64,000 nucleotides of DNA from Bacillota bacterium (GTDB lineage Bacteria > Bacillota > Bacilli > Bacillales > Amphibacillaceae). The notes beneath the pieces were generated by a model, which searched no databases, was not told the origin of the DNA, and saw only the letters and a list, made by a program, of their open reading frames with translations. Below are positions 9,370-21,640 of the stretch, piece after piece (positions within the stretch are counted from its first letter, which is position 1; each line of letters opens with the position of its first letter). The DNA lies in NCBI GenBank assembly GCA_035301345.1, contig DATGUM010000037.1, forward strand, positions 21,289 to 85,288. The letters are read 5' to 3'. A program made the translations under genes and the position numbers.

Positions 9370-11034
9370 TTATTCAACTGACATAATATACGAATAAATC
9401 GGTTGCTTACCTTCATATACATCTACTTCTATATCTCCATATAATTCTTCTATATGGTCCCCAAGTTGTTCGGCTTCTGCTTTCTCTACTTCTTCTCCAA
9501 AAATAATTGTAACAATTTCATCTTCATCCTCATCAATGAGATCCGTTAGTAATTGCTTAGCTGTTTCTAAACGGTCTTCGTTAGAGGATTTAATTTCACC
9601 TTCAGCAATTCCCATGAAGTTTCCTTTTTTAATCGTTAACCCATCAATTGTCGTATCTCGAATCGCATATGTAATTTGACCCGTCTTTACGTAAGACATA
9701 CCTTCTTCCATAGCTATCTTATTATCGTCCATTGAAGCTTCTGGATTAAAAGATAATAGAGCACTTATTCCTTGTGGGATTGAAGTTGTTCGTATCACTT
9801 CGACTTCTGATTCACTAATTTCCGCCGCTTGCTCAGCTGCCATAATAATGTTTTTATTGTTCGGTAAAATAATCACTTTATTAGCATTCGCTTTTTCAAT
9901 CGCATTAGAAATATCTTGTGTACTTGGATTCATCGTTTGTCCACCCTCAATAACGACTGTTGCACCAATACTTTCTAACATTTCTTTTATTCCCGAACCC
10001 ATCGCAATAGTTACGATAGCAAACGGCTGTTTAGGCGCTTTAGTTTCTGTTGATTCCTTATTACTATCTAATAAACTTGTATGTTGTTCACGCATATTTT
10101 CAATATCAATATTGATTAAACTTCCGAAACGCTGTCCTAACGTCATAACATTTCCAGGAAACTCTGTATGAATATGTACTTTTACAACATCATTATCAGA
10201 TACAACGAGTAGTGAATCTCCATGATCACTTAATTCATTTCTAAATGCACTCTCATCAAATGCGTGTTCTTTTAGTTTATCCGCTTCAAATTTAACCATA
10301 AATTCTGTACAGTAACCAAATTCAATATCTTCTGTATCCATAAAGTCTTGAGCAATCTTATGATGTTCAGCATTGACCATATCATCCATCTGGACCGTTC
10401 CTTCACCTGCGATTGGTAAATCTTCACCTTTTAAGCAAGATAAAAATCCTTCAAGAATCGTTACGAGTCCTTGACCTCCTGAATCAACAACGCCAACTTC
10501 TTTCAATACAGGAAGTAAATCGGGTGTTCGCTGTAATGAACGTTTTGACTCAGCAACGACTTCTTCCATTAAAGCAATCATGTCATCAGTAGCCACTTGT
10601 ATCGCACGTTCACCTGTATCTTTAATGACTGTTAAAATGGTACCTTCAACAGGCTTAATAACTGCTTTATAAGCTGTTTCAGCACTTAAATGTAATGCTT
10701 CAGCGAACTCTTTTGCTGTAACTACTTCTTTTCCTTCAAAACCTTTGGCAAACCCTCGAAATATTTGTGATAAAATAACTCCCGAGTTACCACGTGCACC
10801 CATTAAAAGACCTTTTGCAAATGCTTGTGATACATCTGATGCGTGATTGCTCGTCACTTTTTTAACTTCTTCTACACCTGATGTCATTGATAAGTTCATA
10901 TTCGTTCCTGTATCACCATCTGGTACCGGAAAGACATTTAAAGCATCAATCATTTCAGAATTGTTCATTAAGTGCTTTGCACCTATAAAAATCATTTCTT
11001 GCAATTTTTCTCCATTAATCTCACGTACTAACAC
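9370..11034 (-). CDS. fakA: Fatty acid kinase subunit A (DAK2 domain, YloV)
   Basis: LNVFPVPDGDTGTNM, GARGNSGVI, GGQTMNPS motifs. Confidence 0.93.
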   Translation of the reverse strand: MLVREINGEKLQEMIFIGAKHLMNNSEMIDALNVFPVPDGDTGTNMNLSMTSGVEEVKKVTSNHASDVSQAFAKGLLMGARGNSGVILSQIFRGFAKGFEGKEVVTAKEFAEALHLSAETAYKAVIKPVEGTILTVIKDTGERAIQVATDDMIALMEEVVAESKRSLQRTPDLLPVLKEVGVVDSGGQGLVTILEGFLSCLKGEDLPIAGEGTVQMDDMVNAEHHKIAQDFMDTEDIEFGYCTEFMVKFEADKLKEHAFDESAFRNELSDHGDSLLVVSDNDVVKVHIHTEFPGNVMTLGQRFGSLINIDIENMREQHTSLLDSNKESTETKAPKQPFAIVTIAMGSGIKEMLESIGATVVIEGGQTMNPSTQDISNAIEKANANKVIILPNNKNIIMAAEQAAEISESEVEVIRTTSIPQGISALLSFNPEASMDDNKIAMEEGMSYVKTGQITYAIRDTTIDGLTIKKGNFMGIAEGEIKSSNEDRLETAKQLLTDLIDEDEDEIVTIIFGEEVEKAEAEQLGDHIEELYGDIEVDVYEGKQPIYSYIMSVE

Positions 11035-11058
11035 CCATTTTTCCTCCTTTTACCCGGA

Positions 11059-11421
11059 TCACTCTTTTGAAACTCTCACGCCCTGAACGAATATATTAAC
11101 AGCATGCACATCTAAGCCAAGTGATTTGTTTAATGTATACTTAACTTGTGCTTGAACGTTATTTGCTACCTCTGATATCTTCGTACCGTAACTTACAATT
11201 ATGTACATATCTATATGTAATTTTTCATCATCTTGACGAACGACTACTCCACGTGAGTAATTTTCTTTTCCAAGAATTTCTGCAATACCATCTCTAATTT
11301 GACTTTTCGACGCCATACCAACTATACCGTAGCATTCAACGGCTGCTCCGCCTGCAATTGTCGTAACAACTTCATTAGTAATAGTTACTTGGCCATCTTT
11401 CGTACTAAATTGTATTGACAT
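11059..11421 (-). CDS. yloU: Asp23/Gls24 family protein YloU
   Basis: ECYGIVGMASK...IIVSYGTKISEV; conserved position next to fakA and rpmB. Confidence 0.92.
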   Translation of the reverse strand: MSIQFSTKDGQVTITNEVVTTIAGGAAVECYGIVGMASKSQIRDGIAEILGKENYSRGVVVRQDDEKLHIDMYIIVSYGTKISEVANNVQAQVKYTLNKSLGLDVHAVNIFVQGVRVSKE

Positions 11422-11597
11422 AATAAACCTCCACTGTTTATCTATTGTTCACGTCTTTGTTCATTCTTCCATATTACTACAATGAATCAGTTAATAAAAG
11501 CATTTCTCGACATAAAAGTACAAGATAACAATGAATCATTTCTTTATTTATGTCAAGAAAACAATTGCAAATGTATTTTAATTGTGATAAGTTAATA

Positions 11598-11606
11598 TGG
11601 TATAAT
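11598..11606 (+). promoter_or_regulatory. Extended -10 promoter of rpmB
   Basis: TGGTATAAT about 30 nt before the start codon. Confidence 0.6.
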
Positions 11607-11638
11607 ATGCCGTATAGATGGAACAGGAGGGAATGCAA

Positions 11639-11827
11639 TTGGCTAGAAAATGTTATTTTACAGGTAAAGGTACTGGTTCTGGTAATACTCGTTCTCACGC
11701 TCTTAACTCAAATAGACGTAAATGGAAAGCTAACGTTCAAAAAGTTCGTGTGATGGTTGATGGAAAACCGAAGCGTGTTTATGTATCAGCTCGTGCACTC
11801 AAATCAGGTAAGATTGAGCGTGTATAA
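11639..11827 (+). CDS. rpmB: 50S ribosomal protein L28
   Basis: TTG start after AGGAGG; ARKCYFTGK...[18 protein letters not shown]...[13 protein letters not shown]. Confidence 0.97.
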   Translation: MARKCYFTGKGTGSGNTRSHALNSNRRKWKANVQKVRVMVDGKPKRVYVSARALKSGKIERV

Positions 11828-11890
11828 TTTTTAATTATTATGAATTGAATAATAAAACGAATCGTAGTGAGCGACTAATAATTATTGCTC

Positions 11891-11940
11891 AAAAAAAGTG
11901 ATTATGTTTATCTCATTTGAGAATAGCATAATCACTTTTT
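11891..11940. terminator. Bidirectional terminator between rpmB and thiN
   Basis: AAAAAGTGATTATG...CATAATCACTTTTT hairpin. Confidence 0.8.
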
Positions 11941-11962
11941 GTTATTGATGGTTAGTTAATTC

Positions 11963-12610
11963 CTACACATCTGTACTTTTAATAACGAGTAACGTGCCTT
12001 GTTTAAAGGAGAACGTTCCATTATTTTCAACGATTTCATTTGAAATACATAAAGATGAGCCCATCTGAATCGTGACATTGTTTAAATCATAACGAAAATT
12101 TTGTAACGTCAAATCAGAAACAGTCGGCGTAAAAGCAATAAATGATAGATAAGGAAATCCTTCTTCCTTTTCAACTGTATACGTTCCTGGATGAACGAGT
12201 TGAACGATATTTTGCTTATCGATTATTCTTGCTTCAATATGGTGATCAGCAAATTTTAAGAGTAATTGAATGTTTACTATCTCATGATCTAGACGTCCGC
12301 CTGTAGCTCCAAAAATCAACACTTTATGAGGTTCATATTCAAGCGCTTTTTCTATCGCTAACTCCATATCCGTCATGTCCTTCTCTTCTTTATAAGAAAT
12401 AACATGTTCTGCACGTGCTTCTATCGTATCTCTTTCTGTTTGACTTAATGAATCAAAATCACCAACTGCATAAGACACATCGATATTTTTACGAATTAAT
12501 TGATAAGCTCCGGCATCCGCACCAATCCAAAGATCGACTTCATCAGTATATTTATGTAAATTTGGACACATATTAACCGGGCCATTTCCTACAATCCCTA
12601 TAACTTTCAT
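11963..12610 (-). CDS. thiN: Thiamine pyrophosphokinase
   Basis: GADAG, GDFDS, EKDMTD, GGRLDH motifs. Confidence 0.95.
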   Translation of the reverse strand: MKVIGIVGNGPVNMCPNLHKYTDEVDLWIGADAGAYQLIRKNIDVSYAVGDFDSLSQTERDTIEARAEHVISYKEEKDMTDMELAIEKALEYEPHKVLIFGATGGRLDHEIVNIQLLLKFADHHIEARIIDKQNIVQLVHPGTYTVEKEEGFPYLSFIAFTPTVSDLTLQNFRYDLNNVTIQMGSSLCISNEIVENNGTFSFKQGTLLVIKSTDV

Positions 12611-12612
12611 CT

Positions 12613-13278
12613 CTATTTTCCTTTCGTCGCTTCGACAATTTGACGAATAGCTTCCCCACGATTTTCCTTATTAAATACAGCACTTCCGGCTACGAGAACA
12701 TCTGCACCTGCATCTGTACAGAGTTTTGCTGTATCTACATTCACGCCACCGTCTATTTCAATCTCAAACGACAAACCTAGATGAGAGCGCCATTCATTTA
12801 ATTGTTCGATTTTAGGTATAACAGATGAAATAAATGCTTGACCACCAAATCCTGGATTTACTGTCATTAATAAAACAAGGTCAACATCTGCAATTACGTG
12901 TTTAATCATTTCGACAGGTGTTGCAGGATTAATAACAACACCTGCTTTTACGCCGTGATCTTTTATCAACTGAATCGTCCGGTGCAAATGAACAGTCGCC
13001 TCTTCATGAACAGTAATAATATCCGATCCTGCCTTAGCAAATTGTTCGATATATCGCTCTGGTTCTTCAATCATCAAATGAACGTCTAATGGTAAATGAG
13101 TTATTGGTCGAATCGCTTCTACAATTAAAGGTCCAATCGTTATATTCGGTACGAATTTACCATCCATAACGTCAACGTGGATATAATCAGCCCCACCCCG
13201 CTCAACATCTTTTATTTCTTCCCCGAGCTTTGCAAAGTCTGCTGATAAAATAGATGGAGCAATTTTAGGATTCGTCAT
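12613..13278 (-). CDS. rpe: Ribulose-phosphate 3-epimerase
   Basis: [29 protein letters not shown] motifs. Confidence 0.97.
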   Translation of the reverse strand: MTNPKIAPSILSADFAKLGEEIKDVERGGADYIHVDVMDGKFVPNITIGPLIVEAIRPITHLPLDVHLMIEEPERYIEQFAKAGSDIITVHEEATVHLHRTIQLIKDHGVKAGVVINPATPVEMIKHVIADVDLVLLMTVNPGFGGQAFISSVIPKIEQLNEWRSHLGLSFEIEIDGGVNVDTAKLCTDAGADVLVAGSAVFNKENRGEAIRQIVEATKGK

Positions 13279-14159
13279 TAATATCTTACCTTTCTCGTCT
13301 GTATTTCTGTCAATATAGTCAAATAGCTAGCATAACGATATTGCTTAATAGTTCCTTCTTCAACAGCTGATTTGATTGCGCAATGTGGCTCTTTATTGTG
13401 CAAACATCCACGAAAGCGACAGTTTTGTTTTCGTTCATGCATCTCAGGAAACGTATCTGTTAAATACTCTTCCTCAATAATTGTTAAATCAAGCGAACTA
13501 AATCCAGGCGTATCAGCAATCAGACCTTTACCGACAGATAATAATTCTACGTGTCGCGTCGTATGCTTTCCTCTTCCTAATCGCGTAGATATTTCATCTG
13601 TTTCTATTAGAAGCGATGGATTCATTTCATTTAAAATAGATGATTTTCCAACGCCTGATTGTCCAGTTATAACAGAAACTTTATTTTCCAAATGTTTATT
13701 TAAATATGATAAGTCTTGTTTATTAACTGTCGAAATTAATTCAACTTCATAACCAATCGCTTCATAATCTCGTTTAAACGCCTCGATTGCTTGCTTTTCT
13801 TCTTCTGTTAATAAATCAACTTTTGTAATAATGATTAATGGTTCGATATTTTCATATTCAAAAAGGACTAAAAAACGGTCCAATAACGTCGTACTAAAAT
13901 CTGGTTCTTTTGCAGAACTAACGACTATCGCCTGTTCAATGTTCGCTATCTGAGGTCTTGTAAATGAATTTGTTCGGTCCCGAACGTGTGTCACGTAACC
14001 TTCCGTTTCATTTGTTACTTCAAATTCAACGAAGTCACCGACGAGTGGAGTAATTTTTCTTTTACGAAAAACGCCTCGCCCTTTACACGCAAATATTTCA
14101 TTATCCGACTGAACATAATAAAAGCCGCTTAATGCCTTAACAATTCTACCTTTTCTCAT
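13278..14159 (-). CDS. rsgA: Ribosome small subunit-dependent GTPase RsgA (CpgA)
   Basis: Circularly permuted GTPase ([16 protein letters not shown]) and C-terminal [14 protein letters not shown] Zn finger. Confidence 0.96.
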   Translation of the reverse strand: MRKGRIVKALSGFYYVQSDNEIFACKGRGVFRKRKITPLVGDFVEFEVTNETEGYVTHVRDRTNSFTRPQIANIEQAIVVSSAKEPDFSTTLLDRFLVLFEYENIEPLIIITKVDLLTEEEKQAIEAFKRDYEAIGYEVELISTVNKQDLSYLNKHLENKVSVITGQSGVGKSSILNEMNPSLLIETDEISTRLGRGKHTTRHVELLSVGKGLIADTPGFSSLDLTIIEEEYLTDTFPEMHERKQNCRFRGCLHNKEPHCAIKSAVEEGTIKQYRYASYLTILTEIQTRKVRY

Positions 14160-14168
14160 TTAATCTCC

Positions 14169-16139
14169 TCACTTATAAGGGATTGATTTATCTATTACTT
14201 GTTCATTGTCTCTAAACACACGGTATCTTCCTGTTTTACCTTCTTCAATCGTTAAGGTAATTGTAAATTCTTCATCATCTTTTATCTGTTTTTCTGTAAA
14301 CACGTCACTTATTCGATGATCCTTATCCTCAATATAAATAGCTATCGTTTGTGGTTCATTATCATCTCTTACGTAAGGTACAGTAAATGTGACCGTATGA
14401 GGAAATGTCGGTGTTGGTGGTGTTTCTTTTTCTTCAGGTCCTTTAGATATATATATATCTACGGATTCGCCCAATTTTAAAGACGTTCCTGCACTAGGTG
14501 ACTGCCTAATAACGAGACCTTCTCTAACACTTTCAGAATGCTCTAAATGACTATCTGCTTTCAAACCATTGTCAGATAGGTACTTTTTTGCTTCATCCTC
14601 GTTCATCCCAACAAGACTAGATAGTTCAATTGTCTTTTCACCGATACTCACTTCAAATACTACTTCAACTTCTGAAGGTACGACTTCACTACCTGCTTCT
14701 GGTTCAATATGTGCGATAATTTCTCCTACAGATTTATCAGAAAAGCTCTCTTTTGAACGAATGTTTTCAAACCCTTCACTCTCCAGCAACCTCTTCGTTT
14801 GTTCATATTCTTTCCCTACATAATCACCAAACGTAACCATTTCTTTTCCTTCACTGACAAACAAAGTGACGACACTATTTTCCTTTACTGTTCTCCCGGC
14901 TTTTGGATTCGTCTTTACAACATGATCCTCGTCAATTTCATCAGAAAAAACAGTTTCTTTAGCTGTTTTTAAAGATAGTTGTTCAAGCTCTTCAACAGCT
15001 TCTTCATAAGGCATATCAATGACGTCGATAATCGTAACATCTTTTGCCTTTAAAAATCCTGGCCAAACAAACAACGCGATGAATGAGCCGATAATAACTG
15101 TTAACAAAAGTATAATAAAGATAAGCCAACGTTTTCGCCGACTCATTTTTTTCTTAGGCTTCTTTTCATTAACAGCTTTCGTATCCTCGCCTACTTTGTG
15201 CACAATCGTCTCGTCACTTTCTGTAGGTGTACCTAGCTGTTCTTCAGTAATTACCGGAATAGCTTTCGTTTCATCGCCTTCCTCGACAGGTGGTGAGAAC
15301 TTTTCCTCATGTAAATTTTCTGGCAATAGCGCGTTGTATAATGCTTCTTCCATTTCATGTACTGTTTCATACCGATGAAACGGATCTTTTGTCGTAGCTT
15401 TTAAAACGATATTTTCTACACTTTGTGGAATGTTAGCATTAAAGTCCCGAACGTGTGGAATGTCTTCCTGTAAATGTTTTAACGCAATGGCGACGGGGGT
15501 TTCACCAGTAAATGGTAGCATCCCTGTTAGTAGTTCATAAAGAACGATTCCGAGCGAGTAAATGTCAGACTTTTTAGTCGCCATTCCCCCACGAGCTTGT
15601 TCAGGTGACAAGTAATGAACGGATCCGAGAATTGTATTCGTCTGCGTTAAAGCTGTCGCACTTAACGCGACAGCAATTCCAAAGTCTGTCACTTTTACAT
15701 TACCTTGTTTATCTAACAAAATATTTTGAGGTTTAATATCTCGATGAACTAAATTGCTCTGATGCGCTCGTGATATCGCGGATGTTATTTGCTTCATAAT
15801 ATTCAATGCTTCTTCTACACGTATCGGGCTGTTTTGTTGAATATATTCTTTTAATGTAAATCCATCAACATACTCCATCACCATATATAAAATATGTTCT
15901 TCTTCTCCGACATCATAAATGTTAACGATATTCGGATGGGTTAAACTTGTTGCCGCTTGCGCCTCACGATCAAACCGCGTAATAAACTCATCATCATTCG
16001 CATATTCCAATCGCAATACTTTAATCGCTACGTCACGCTCTAATATAGTATCTTTGGCTAAGTAGACATTAGCCATCCCGCCGCCACCAATTGTCCGCTC
16101 AATTAAATAACGGTCACCTATAAGCTGTCCTTTTAGCAT
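14169..16139 (-). CDS. prkC: PASTA-domain Ser/Thr kinase PrkC/PknB
   Basis: GGGGMANV, HRDIKPQN, DFG kinase motifs; one TM helix; three PASTA-like repeats. Confidence 0.96.
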   Translation of the reverse strand: MLKGQLIGDRYLIERTIGGGGMANVYLAKDTILERDVAIKVLRLEYANDDEFITRFDREAQAATSLTHPNIVNIYDVGEEEHILYMVMEYVDGFTLKEYIQQNSPIRVEEALNIMKQITSAISRAHQSNLVHRDIKPQNILLDKQGNVKVTDFGIAVALSATALTQTNTILGSVHYLSPEQARGGMATKKSDIYSLGIVLYELLTGMLPFTGETPVAIALKHLQEDIPHVRDFNANIPQSVENIVLKATTKDPFHRYETVHEMEEALYNALLPENLHEEKFSPPVEEGDETKAIPVITEEQLGTPTESDETIVHKVGEDTKAVNEKKPKKKMSRRKRWLIFIILLLTVIIGSFIALFVWPGFLKAKDVTIIDVIDMPYEEAVEELEQLSLKTAKETVFSDEIDEDHVVKTNPKAGRTVKENSVVTLFVSEGKEMVTFGDYVGKEYEQTKRLLESEGFENIRSKESFSDKSVGEIIAHIEPEAGSEVVPSEVEVVFEVSIGEKTIELSSLVGMNEDEAKKYLSDNGLKADSHLEHSESVREGLVIRQSPSAGTSLKLGESVDIYISKGPEEKETPPTPTFPHTVTFTVPYVRDDNEPQTIAIYIEDKDHRISDVFTEKQIKDDEEFTITLTIEEGKTGRYRVFRDNEQVIDKSIPYK

Positions 16140-16897
16140 GACTCATCACCTTCTTTTGCGACGTCGGAATAATAATCAACAATAATGACTGATATATTAT
16201 CCTCTCCACCACGATGATTTGCCATTTGAACCATTTTCTTAGCCGTGCTATCTACTTGACTAGAGATGTTTAATTCCGCACCAATTTCATCATTTGTCAG
16301 CTTATCAGTTAGACCATCAGAGCATAACAATAATTTGTTACCGACTTCCCATGTCATACTTTTAATATCCGGGGTAACTTCTGGTGCAGTTCCAAGTGCT
16401 TTTAACACAATGTTCTTCCGTGGATGAACGAGTGCTTCTTCTTCTGAGATTTCTCCAGAACGTACGAGTTCATTAACGAGAGAGTGGTCTTCAGTCATTT
16501 GTCTAAATCCCGCTTCATTTTGAATGTAGCAACGGCTATCCCCAACATGACCAATCGTTATAAACTCATTCATCGCAATAGCAACTACGACAGTCGTCCC
16601 CATTCCTTTATATGATTCTTTCTGTAATGAATAGTTATAAATGGATGTATTAATAACAGATAATACGTCTGATAACCATTTTTCAGTCTGTTCTGGCGCA
16701 TGAAATTGCTCTAACTGTTCCCACTTTTTTTGTAAAAGTGACACAGCCATCTCACTAGCAATATCACCAGCTGAATGTCCTCCCATGCCGTCAGCGATAA
16801 TTGCTAATAATTGGTTTGATTGATTATAAAACAGACCACCTGAGTCTTCGTTGCACTCTCGTACTTGTCCTCGATCTGTTAGAAACTGTGCTTCCAT
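16133..16897 (-). CDS. prpC: PP2C-type Ser/Thr phosphatase PrpC/Stp1
   Basis: NEDS, ADGMGGH, GDSR, CSDGL, GGEDN motifs. Confidence 0.95.
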   Translation of the reverse strand: MEAQFLTDRGQVRECNEDSGGLFYNQSNQLLAIIADGMGGHSAGDIASEMAVSLLQKKWEQLEQFHAPEQTEKWLSDVLSVINTSIYNYSLQKESYKGMGTTVVVAIAMNEFITIGHVGDSRCYIQNEAGFRQMTEDHSLVNELVRSGEISEEEALVHPRKNIVLKALGTAPEVTPDIKSMTWEVGNKLLLCSDGLTDKLTNDEIGAELNISSQVDSTAKKMVQMANHRGGEDNISVIIVDYYSDVAKEGDESC

Positions 16898-16930
16898 TTA
16901 AACCACCTCTTTTACGACCAAATCTTATAA

Positions 16931-18277
16931 TTATTTTTTAACTCTTTGCAAGCGTGTAATAAAGAATCCATCAGAATTTATCATCTGCGGCAAAAGTTGT
17001 AACCCATAAGGCGTAACACCACTTTGCAAAGACTGTGGAATACTTGCAATAAATGTTGGATCTACTTCAAACTCATCATTTTCTTCTAGAAACTGCTTCA
17101 CTAAATATTCATTTTCTTCTTTATCTATTGTACACGTACTATAGACTAATTTCCCGTCGCTTTTTAGTAATGATAAGACATTGTTTAAAATAGATTGTTG
17201 AATGGAAGCTAAGCGAGAAATATCTTCTTTAGTTTTGCTATATTTTAAATCAGGTTTTGAGCGAATAACACCTAAACCAGAACAAGGTGCATCTATCAGT
17301 ATTCGATCAAAGCTTTCAGCAGCTTCTTTATCTCGTAGCTCTCGTGCATCGCCTACGACTGGGTCAACAATTGATATGTTTAAGCTTTTTGTTTTTTCAT
17401 GAATTAACTTAAGTTTCTTTTTATGAATGTCGTATGCTTTAATATACCCTTCATTTTCCATCAATTCGGCAATATGTGTCACTTTCCCGCCAGGTGCACT
17501 GCACGCATCAAGCACCGTCATGCCTCGTAACACTTCTAAATAATGTCCGACTAGCATTGAACTCTCATCTTGAATCGTTAAATATCCTTCTTTATATAAA
17601 CGAGTTTTTAAAACATTTCCACTTTGAATAATAATGCCTTGGTCTGAAAGGGTACTTTTTTCGACCGTTAACCCTTCGTCAAATAATTGCTCAATCGCTT
17701 GCTCTCGCGTTATCTTCAGCGGTTGAATACGAACGGTCATTAACGTGCGCTGCAAATGATTATTAGCAATCGCTTGCGTTACTTCATATCCATATTGTTT
17801 AATCCATCGCTCAATTAACCACTGTGGATGACTCGTTTCAATTGATAACCTTTCAACAGGGTCTGAAATATCTTCTGTTGATTGGACACCTTTACGATCA
17901 ATGTTCCTTAAAACGCCATTAATCAATGAACTTATACCTTTATGACCATTCTTCTTTGCAATTTCTACTGCTTCATTAATAATGGCATATGGCGGTACTT
18001 TATCTAAGAAAATCATCTGATAAACAGACATTCTTAGAAGCATTCTCACCCAATCTTTTAGCTTCTTTTGGCGTTTAATAAAAGGTTCTAAATAATAATC
18101 AATCGTCAATTTTCTTTCAAGCGTACCGTAAACAATTTCCGTAAATAACCTTTTATCTTGTTCACTAATATTATTTAAATTCATTTCACGGTCAATTAAC
18201 AAATGACTATAGCCGCCATGATTGTCAATCCTTAATAAAACGTTTAGAGCTGCTTCTCTCATATTATTTGCCATCAT
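16931..18277 (-). CDS. rsmB: 16S rRNA m5C967 methyltransferase RsmB (Sun)
   Basis: NusB-like N-terminus; DACSAPGGK, DAPCSG, YSTCT motifs. Confidence 0.95.
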   Translation of the reverse strand: MMANNMREAALNVLLRIDNHGGYSHLLIDREMNLNNISEQDKRLFTEIVYGTLERKLTIDYYLEPFIKRQKKLKDWVRMLLRMSVYQMIFLDKVPPYAIINEAVEIAKKNGHKGISSLINGVLRNIDRKGVQSTEDISDPVERLSIETSHPQWLIERWIKQYGYEVTQAIANNHLQRTLMTVRIQPLKITREQAIEQLFDEGLTVEKSTLSDQGIIIQSGNVLKTRLYKEGYLTIQDESSMLVGHYLEVLRGMTVLDACSAPGGKVTHIAELMENEGYIKAYDIHKKKLKLIHEKTKSLNISIVDPVVGDARELRDKEAAESFDRILIDAPCSGLGVIRSKPDLKYSKTKEDISRLASIQQSILNNVLSLLKSDGKLVYSTCTIDKEENEYLVKQFLEENDEFEVDPTFIASIPQSLQSGVTPYGLQLLPQMINSDGFFITRLQRVKK

Positions 18278-19215
18278 TATTCTCCCATTACGACTTGTTT
18301 AGAAATTCGGTCTGCTGAACCACGTAAATATTGTTCGACACTCATTCGTTTGTTTCCAGCAGGTTGAATATCATAAATGTTAACAGCGTGTTGATTACCA
18401 CACACGACTGTAAAATAATCTTCAGTGACAGCAACAATTTCTCCAGGTGCCCCAGCATATGTCCCTTCACTTTCAGTCGCATGCCAGATTTTCATACGAT
18501 TACCTTCATACGTTGAATAAGCAACTGGCCACGGGCACAGTCCGCGAATTAAATTAAAGACATCTCGTGCATCTTTCGACCAATCAATCGCTTCCATTTC
18601 TCGAGAAATATTCGGTGCATATGTTACTTCTCGTTCATCTTGCTTGATTGGTTTAATATCGTGAGCAAAAAACTTCGGTAACGTCTCAAGTAAAAGGCTT
18701 GCTCCTACTGACGAAAGTTTGTCATGTAATGTCCCTACATTATCCGTTTCTTCAATAACTACTTTTTCTTGCGTTAATATGTCACCCGCATCTAGTTTTT
18801 CTTCCATATACATAATCGTTATCCCCGTCTCACTTTCCCCGTTAATAATAGAGAAATGAATAGGGGCTCCTCCGCGTAATTTCGGTAAAAGAGATGCGTG
18901 GACATTAATACAACGGTAAGCTGGAAGTTCTAGTAATTGTTTTGGTAGCAGCTGACCATATGCTGCAGTAATGATAATATCAGGCTTATACTCAACAATT
19001 CGCTCGTAATCTTCTCGAATGTTTTCAGGTTGAAAAACCTCAATATTTTGCGCGACTGCCGCCTTTTTTACGGGTGGTGGTGTCATCGTTCTTTTCCTAC
19101 CGACTGGGCGGTCTGGTTGCGTTACAACGAGTCCTACGTCATAGTTAGCATCTAATAAACTTGTAAGAACAGGGACAGCGAAGTCAGGCGTTCCCATAAA
19201 TACAATTTTTTTCAA
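18277..19215 (-). CDS. fmt: Methionyl-tRNA formyltransferase
   Basis: [21 protein letters not shown] motifs. Confidence 0.97.
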   Translation of the reverse strand: MKKIVFMGTPDFAVPVLTSLLDANYDVGLVVTQPDRPVGRKRTMTPPPVKKAAVAQNIEVFQPENIREDYERIVEYKPDIIITAAYGQLLPKQLLELPAYRCINVHASLLPKLRGGAPIHFSIINGESETGITIMYMEEKLDAGDILTQEKVVIEETDNVGTLHDKLSSVGASLLLETLPKFFAHDIKPIKQDEREVTYAPNISREMEAIDWSKDARDVFNLIRGLCPWPVAYSTYEGNRMKIWHATESEGTYAGAPGEIVAVTEDYFTVVCGNQHAVNIYDIQPAGNKRMSVEQYLRGSADRISKQVVMGE

Positions 19216-19225
19216 AAAATCACTC

Positions 19226-21640
19226 CTACATTAATTGGTACGGTTGCATATCTATTTGTATTTTCAAATCATTTTTGTGCATATCTGTCATATAATGTTT
19301 TAATATACCATTTAATACTTGGCGTATATGACGACCCTCTTTATATTTTATCATGCATTGGTAGCGATATCTATTCTTAATTCGAGCGATTGGCGAGGGT
19401 GTAGGCCCTAGAATAACTGTTTGATCACCAATATACTTTATCAACGTTTGAACGATGCGTTGTGTCACTTGAATAGCATACGATTCATCCTCATGTGATA
19501 CAGTTACAAGGCCTAAAAATACGTATGGAGGATATTGAAATGTTCTTCTTATGCTCATTTCTTTTTTATAAAACTCTTCATAATTGTATGTGCTCGCAAG
19601 TTCTATACTGTAGTGATCTGGTGTGTACGTCTGTACAATCACTTCACCAGGTAATTCGTGACGCCCAGCTCGTCCACTGACTTGCGTGATCAATTGGAAT
19701 GTTTTTTCAGCTGCTCTAAAGTCTGGTAAATTTAACATTGAGTCCGCAGTTAATACACCGACAAGTGTTACGTTAGGAAAATCTAGCCCCTTTGCAATCA
19801 TTTGCGTACCTAATAAAATATTAGCTTTTTGGTCAGAAAAATCAGCTAGTAATCGTTCATGTGCTCCTTTTCTTCTCGTCGTATCATTATCCATTCGAAT
19901 GATCGAAGCTTCTGGAAGTAGTTCACGTAACGATTCTTCAACCCTCTGCGTTCCTGTTCCAAAGTAGCGAATAAGATCACTTTGACAAGATGGACAGTTG
20001 TCCGGAAATTGCTGCTCATATGAACAGTAATGACATTTTAATTGCTTCGTTATTTTATGATATGTCAGTGCAATGTCACAGTTCGGACATTCTGTAACGA
20101 ACCCACAATCACGACACATAACGAATGTAGAGTAGCCACGGCGATTAAGTAAGAGAACGATTTGTTCGTTTTTCGCTATCCTTTCTTTCATTTGCTCCAT
20201 TAATTCGCGTGAAAACATCGTTCGATTACCTGCATGCAACTCTTTTCTCATATCAACTGTTTGAACATAAGGTAATTGCTGATTGTTCGTTCTCGTTTTT
20301 AATGTCTCTAAATGATAAACAGATTTATCTGCTCGTGCATATGATTCTAATGTCGGTGTCGCACTTCCTAAAACGACCGGACAATGATATGTTTTCCCAC
20401 GGTAAATCGCAACGTCTCGCGCATGGTAGCGTGGTTGATCCTCTTGTTTATACGTTCCTTCATGTTCTTCATCAATAATAATAATGCCAATGTTTTCAAA
20501 TGGCGCAAAAATTGCTGAACGTGCCCCAACAACTACTTGCACTTCATTTCGTTGAACCTTTCGCCATTCATCGTACTTTTCACCTTGAGAAAGCCCGCTA
20601 TGTAACACGGCAACGTTATCGCCAAAGCGCCCTTTAAAACGAGCAACCATCTGAGGCGTAAGAGATATTTCTGGGACGAGAACAATCGCTTCTTTTCCTT
20701 CTTCTAACACACGCTGAATGGCGCGTAAATATACTTCTGTTTTCCCACTGCCAGTAACTCCGTGTAATAAAAAGACGTCATGCTCCTCATCGTCAATATT
20801 TTTCTCAATTGACTTAAGTGCTGTTTCTTGTTCATCTGTTAAATGTAAATGCTGCACATCTTGAAACTCTCTATTTTCATAGGGATTACGATATATTTCT
20901 TCCTTCAATTCTGCCAGTACTTCTTTGTCGATAAGCGTCTTTATATGTTGCCGTGTTGTTTGTAATTCTTTAATAAGTTTCCTTTGTGGCACTTTGTTCG
21001 GATGATTGATGAAATATTCCACGAGTTCTTTTTGTCGTGTCGCTTGTGGTGAAAGTTCTTCTAAAAACTCTTTTAAAGAATGCTCATCTCCACATGGATA
21101 TATTATCGTTTCATACCGCTTCGTTTCCCGCGACTTCATTGTATATCTTATATAAATTTCTTTTTGATCAATTGCTTGTTTTAGTTGTGCGTACGATACT
21201 TTGGACGTCAAGAAAACATCATAAGGAATGACGTCTGTTTGCTGAAACAGTTGATCAATTGACTCTATATTCACTCGATTAGTCAACTTAATAATATCTC
21301 TTTCAAATGTTGTTTTAAGTAGTTGGGGCAACATGGCTTGTAAAGCCGTTATATAAAAGCACATTGTCTCTTTAGCCATCCACTTGCCTAAGTCTATAAG
21401 TTCATTTGTTAAAATAGGTGTCAAATCAACAGTTTCAATAATACTTTTTAAACGATCAATCGAAGAACTTTCTTCAACACCTACAACAAAACCAATCACT
21501 TGACGCGGTCCAAATGGTACAGCGACCCGCACTCCTCGCTTAACAACTGTTTGCATTTCTTCTGGTATTAAATAATCAAATGGTCTGTTAATTGCTCGTG
21601 CTTTAACATCGATAATGACTTTAGCAATTTGCATCATCAT
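19226..21640 (-). CDS. priA: Primosomal protein N' helicase
   Basis: [15 protein letters not shown], double Cys cluster, QVSGRAGR. Confidence 0.97.
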   Translation of the reverse strand: MMMQIAKVIIDVKARAINRPFDYLIPEEMQTVVKRGVRVAVPFGPRQVIGFVVGVEESSSIDRLKSIIETVDLTPILTNELIDLGKWMAKETMCFYITALQAMLPQLLKTTFERDIIKLTNRVNIESIDQLFQQTDVIPYDVFLTSKVSYAQLKQAIDQKEIYIRYTMKSRETKRYETIIYPCGDEHSLKEFLEELSPQATRQKELVEYFINHPNKVPQRKLIKELQTTRQHIKTLIDKEVLAELKEEIYRNPYENREFQDVQHLHLTDEQETALKSIEKNIDDEEHDVFLLHGVTGSGKTEVYLRAIQRVLEEGKEAIVLVPEISLTPQMVARFKGRFGDNVAVLHSGLSQGEKYDEWRKVQRNEVQVVVGARSAIFAPFENIGIIIIDEEHEGTYKQEDQPRYHARDVAIYRGKTYHCPVVLGSATPTLESYARADKSVYHLETLKTRTNNQQLPYVQTVDMRKELHAGNRTMFSRELMEQMKERIAKNEQIVLLLNRRGYSTFVMCRDCGFVTECPNCDIALTYHKITKQLKCHYCSYEQQFPDNCPSCQSDLIRYFGTGTQRVEESLRELLPEASIIRMDNDTTRRKGAHERLLADFSDQKANILLGTQMIAKGLDFPNVTLVGVLTADSMLNLPDFRAAEKTFQLITQVSGRAGRHELPGEVIVQTYTPDHYSIELASTYNYEEFYKKEMSIRRTFQYPPYVFLGLVTVSHEDESYAIQVTQRIVQTLIKYIGDQTVILGPTPSPIARIKNRYRYQCMIKYKEGRHIRQVLNGILKHYMTDMHKNDLKIQIDMQPYQLM

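Noticed and set aside
11828-11962. Hidden 26-aa spoVM
   Set aside because: No MKFYTIKLP-like frame found on either strand.
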